A stretch of DNA of 64,000 bases from Nitrospirota bacterium. Lineage in GTDB: Bacteria; JACPQY01. Both the position numbers and the translations under genes were made by a program. Position 1 is the first letter of the stretch. Each line of letters opens with the position of its first letter. Below, one piece after another: positions 62,873 through 64,000 of the stretch. The DNA is taken from contig JACPQY010000085.1 of assembly GCA_016190245.1 (NCBI GenBank), positions 35,095-99,094 of the forward strand, read 5' to 3'. The notes under the pieces are model-generated. The model was not told the DNA's origin and did no database searches. It saw nothing but the letters and a program-made list of their open reading frames with translations.

Positions 62873-64000
62873 TCAGCGGTTCTTCCAGGCCCAATGCAAC
62901 GGGGCCGGAAGCCACATGAGAAGCCGGCGAACCCGGGCGTGGAGATCGTCGTCCGACACGGTGCAGGTTGAACACACGGGGAGGGCCGACTTCCTCGCAA
63001 GCATCCCGCGGCGAAAGTCTGCGTATCTCTCCCCGCGCCAGATCTCACCGAACGAGCGATCGAACACGTTGCCCATCTTCAGCGAACCCTCGCGGTCCAC
63101 CGAGAAACAGCAGGGGTACACATCGCCGCGCGCGTCCACGTAGGCGGTCGTCCACGGCTTGTAGCACACTCGGCTTGGCCCTGGCGGCGTACAGGCCTCG
63201 CGCGCCGCCCGCCGCCAACGCTCGTAGAAATCGAGCGCGTCCGGCGGGGTCCCGTCGCGCGCGCGACCGTCAAGCCGTGCCTCCATGTCGGCCAGGAGGG
63301 ACTCCTCGGCCCGGCAGGTCCGGGCCACCTCCGGCTGCTCCAGGTACTTGACGGGAATGAGCTGGATCGTGAGTCCGAGCTCCCGCTGGAGGGCCAGGGC
63401 GTGGTCAAAATCCATCAGATTGCCCTTCTGCACCACGAAGAGGACACGAAGCTCCGGTGCTGTGGCCGCGTGGCGGGCGCACAGATCGCGGAAGAGCCGA
63501 ACATGCCCCATCACCTTCTCGAACCGGGACCCCTTTCGCACGGCCTCGAAACTGTCCTTTGTCGCCCCGTCGAGAGAGAAACTCAGAACGTCCAACCCCG
63601 CCTCGATCAGCTTGCGACCTCGAACCTCGCTGGTGATCGTCATGTTGGACGGCATCACCACGATGCACCCCAGGGCCTTCGCCGCCTTGATCTTGTCGGC
63701 CAGCCCGCGATCCAGAAGGGGCTCGCCATCGCCGTTGAGAGTGAGGTAGGAAGGCCGCGCCTCGGCCAAGAGCGTCGCGAAACGATCGTTGGGGAAATCC
63801 TTGCTGAAAACGTCGCGGAATTCCCGGGCGCACATGATACAGGAGAGGTTGCACTTGTTGGTGGGCTCCACCTGCAGCCGGATCGGGAGCGGTGGCCTCG
63901 CGGGCAGGAATGCAATGGCCCAGGCGGTGCGGAGGAGGTGGACGATCCGCCGCGCGAGCGTGCGGAGGTAACCCCAGCCGGCGGCGCTGCGCGGCCAATC
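62873..64000 (-). CDS. Radical SAM/SPASM-domain protein, 5'-truncated by window edge
   Basis: EPTNKCNLSCIMC, GDGEPLL, C-terminal C..PW..G.VYPCC..C..C; frame open to 64000. Confidence 0.88.
   Translation of the reverse strand, partial: DWPRSAAGWGYLRTLARRIVHLLRTAWAIAFLPARPPLPIRLQVEPTNKCNLSCIMCAREFRDVFSKDFPNDRFATLLAEARPSYLTLNGDGEPLLDRGLADKIKAAKALGCIVVMPSNMTITSEVRGRKLIEAGLDVLSFSLDGATKDSFEAVRKGSRFEKVMGHVRLFRDLCARHAATAPELRVLFVVQKGNLMDFDHALALQRELGLTIQLIPVKYLEQPEVARTCRAEESLLADMEARLDGRARDGTPPDALDFYERWRRAAREACTPPGPSRVCYKPWTTAYVDARGDVYPCCFSVDREGSLKMGNVFDRSFGEIWRGERYADFRRGMLARKSALPVCSTCTVSDDDLHARVRRLLMWLPAPLHWAWKNR

Noticed and set aside
51613-64000. Right boundary att site or integrase for an ICE
   Set aside because: No tRNA 3' duplication, direct repeat or tyrosine/serine recombinase was found.
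219-64000. Many overlapping Arg/Pro/Gly-rich ORFs in the track
   Set aside because: They are alternative-frame or antisense products expected in high-GC DNA and overlap better-supported genes.

Overview
High-GC, Gram-negative (inferred deltaproteobacterial/myxobacterial-like) window. About 1-55 kb is a mostly minus-strand region in which F-type type IV secretion/pilus genes (traB partial, traK, traE, traL, pilin, traV-like, two TraU-like fusions each followed by a possible TraH-like gene) are scattered among very large surface proteins (two paralogous Ig/FN3/RCC1-repeat proteins, a vWA/CglB-like lipoprotein, a beta-propeller protein, an FG-GAP lipoprotein, a lipoprotein with a clan-CD-like peptidase motif) and small lipoproteins, including a divergent three-member family with 8 conserved Cys. 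Four copies of an ECF-sigma-type promoter (GGAAS-N18-GTCTAA) face this gene set. Small plus-strand cassettes with leaderless-type promoters (VapBC, HicBA, three retropepsin-like proteases, one with a catalytic D->N change) are inserted antisense, and most lie next to solo copies of the 24-bp inverted repeat that brackets a RAYT-type HUH transposase. A second RAYT has its own perfect 24-bp inverted repeats. Intergenic DNA is dense in heptamer repeats, REP-like hairpins and palindromic elements. About 55-64 kb looks like ordinary chromosome (TetR, Rieske ferredoxin, radical SAM enzymes, glycosyltransferases, GGDEF-GAF). No relaxase, coupling protein, VirB4/TraC, integrase, rRNA, complete tRNA or CRISPR array was seen; the tra operon runs off the left edge. 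All protein assignments come from motif recognition by eye, not database searches.
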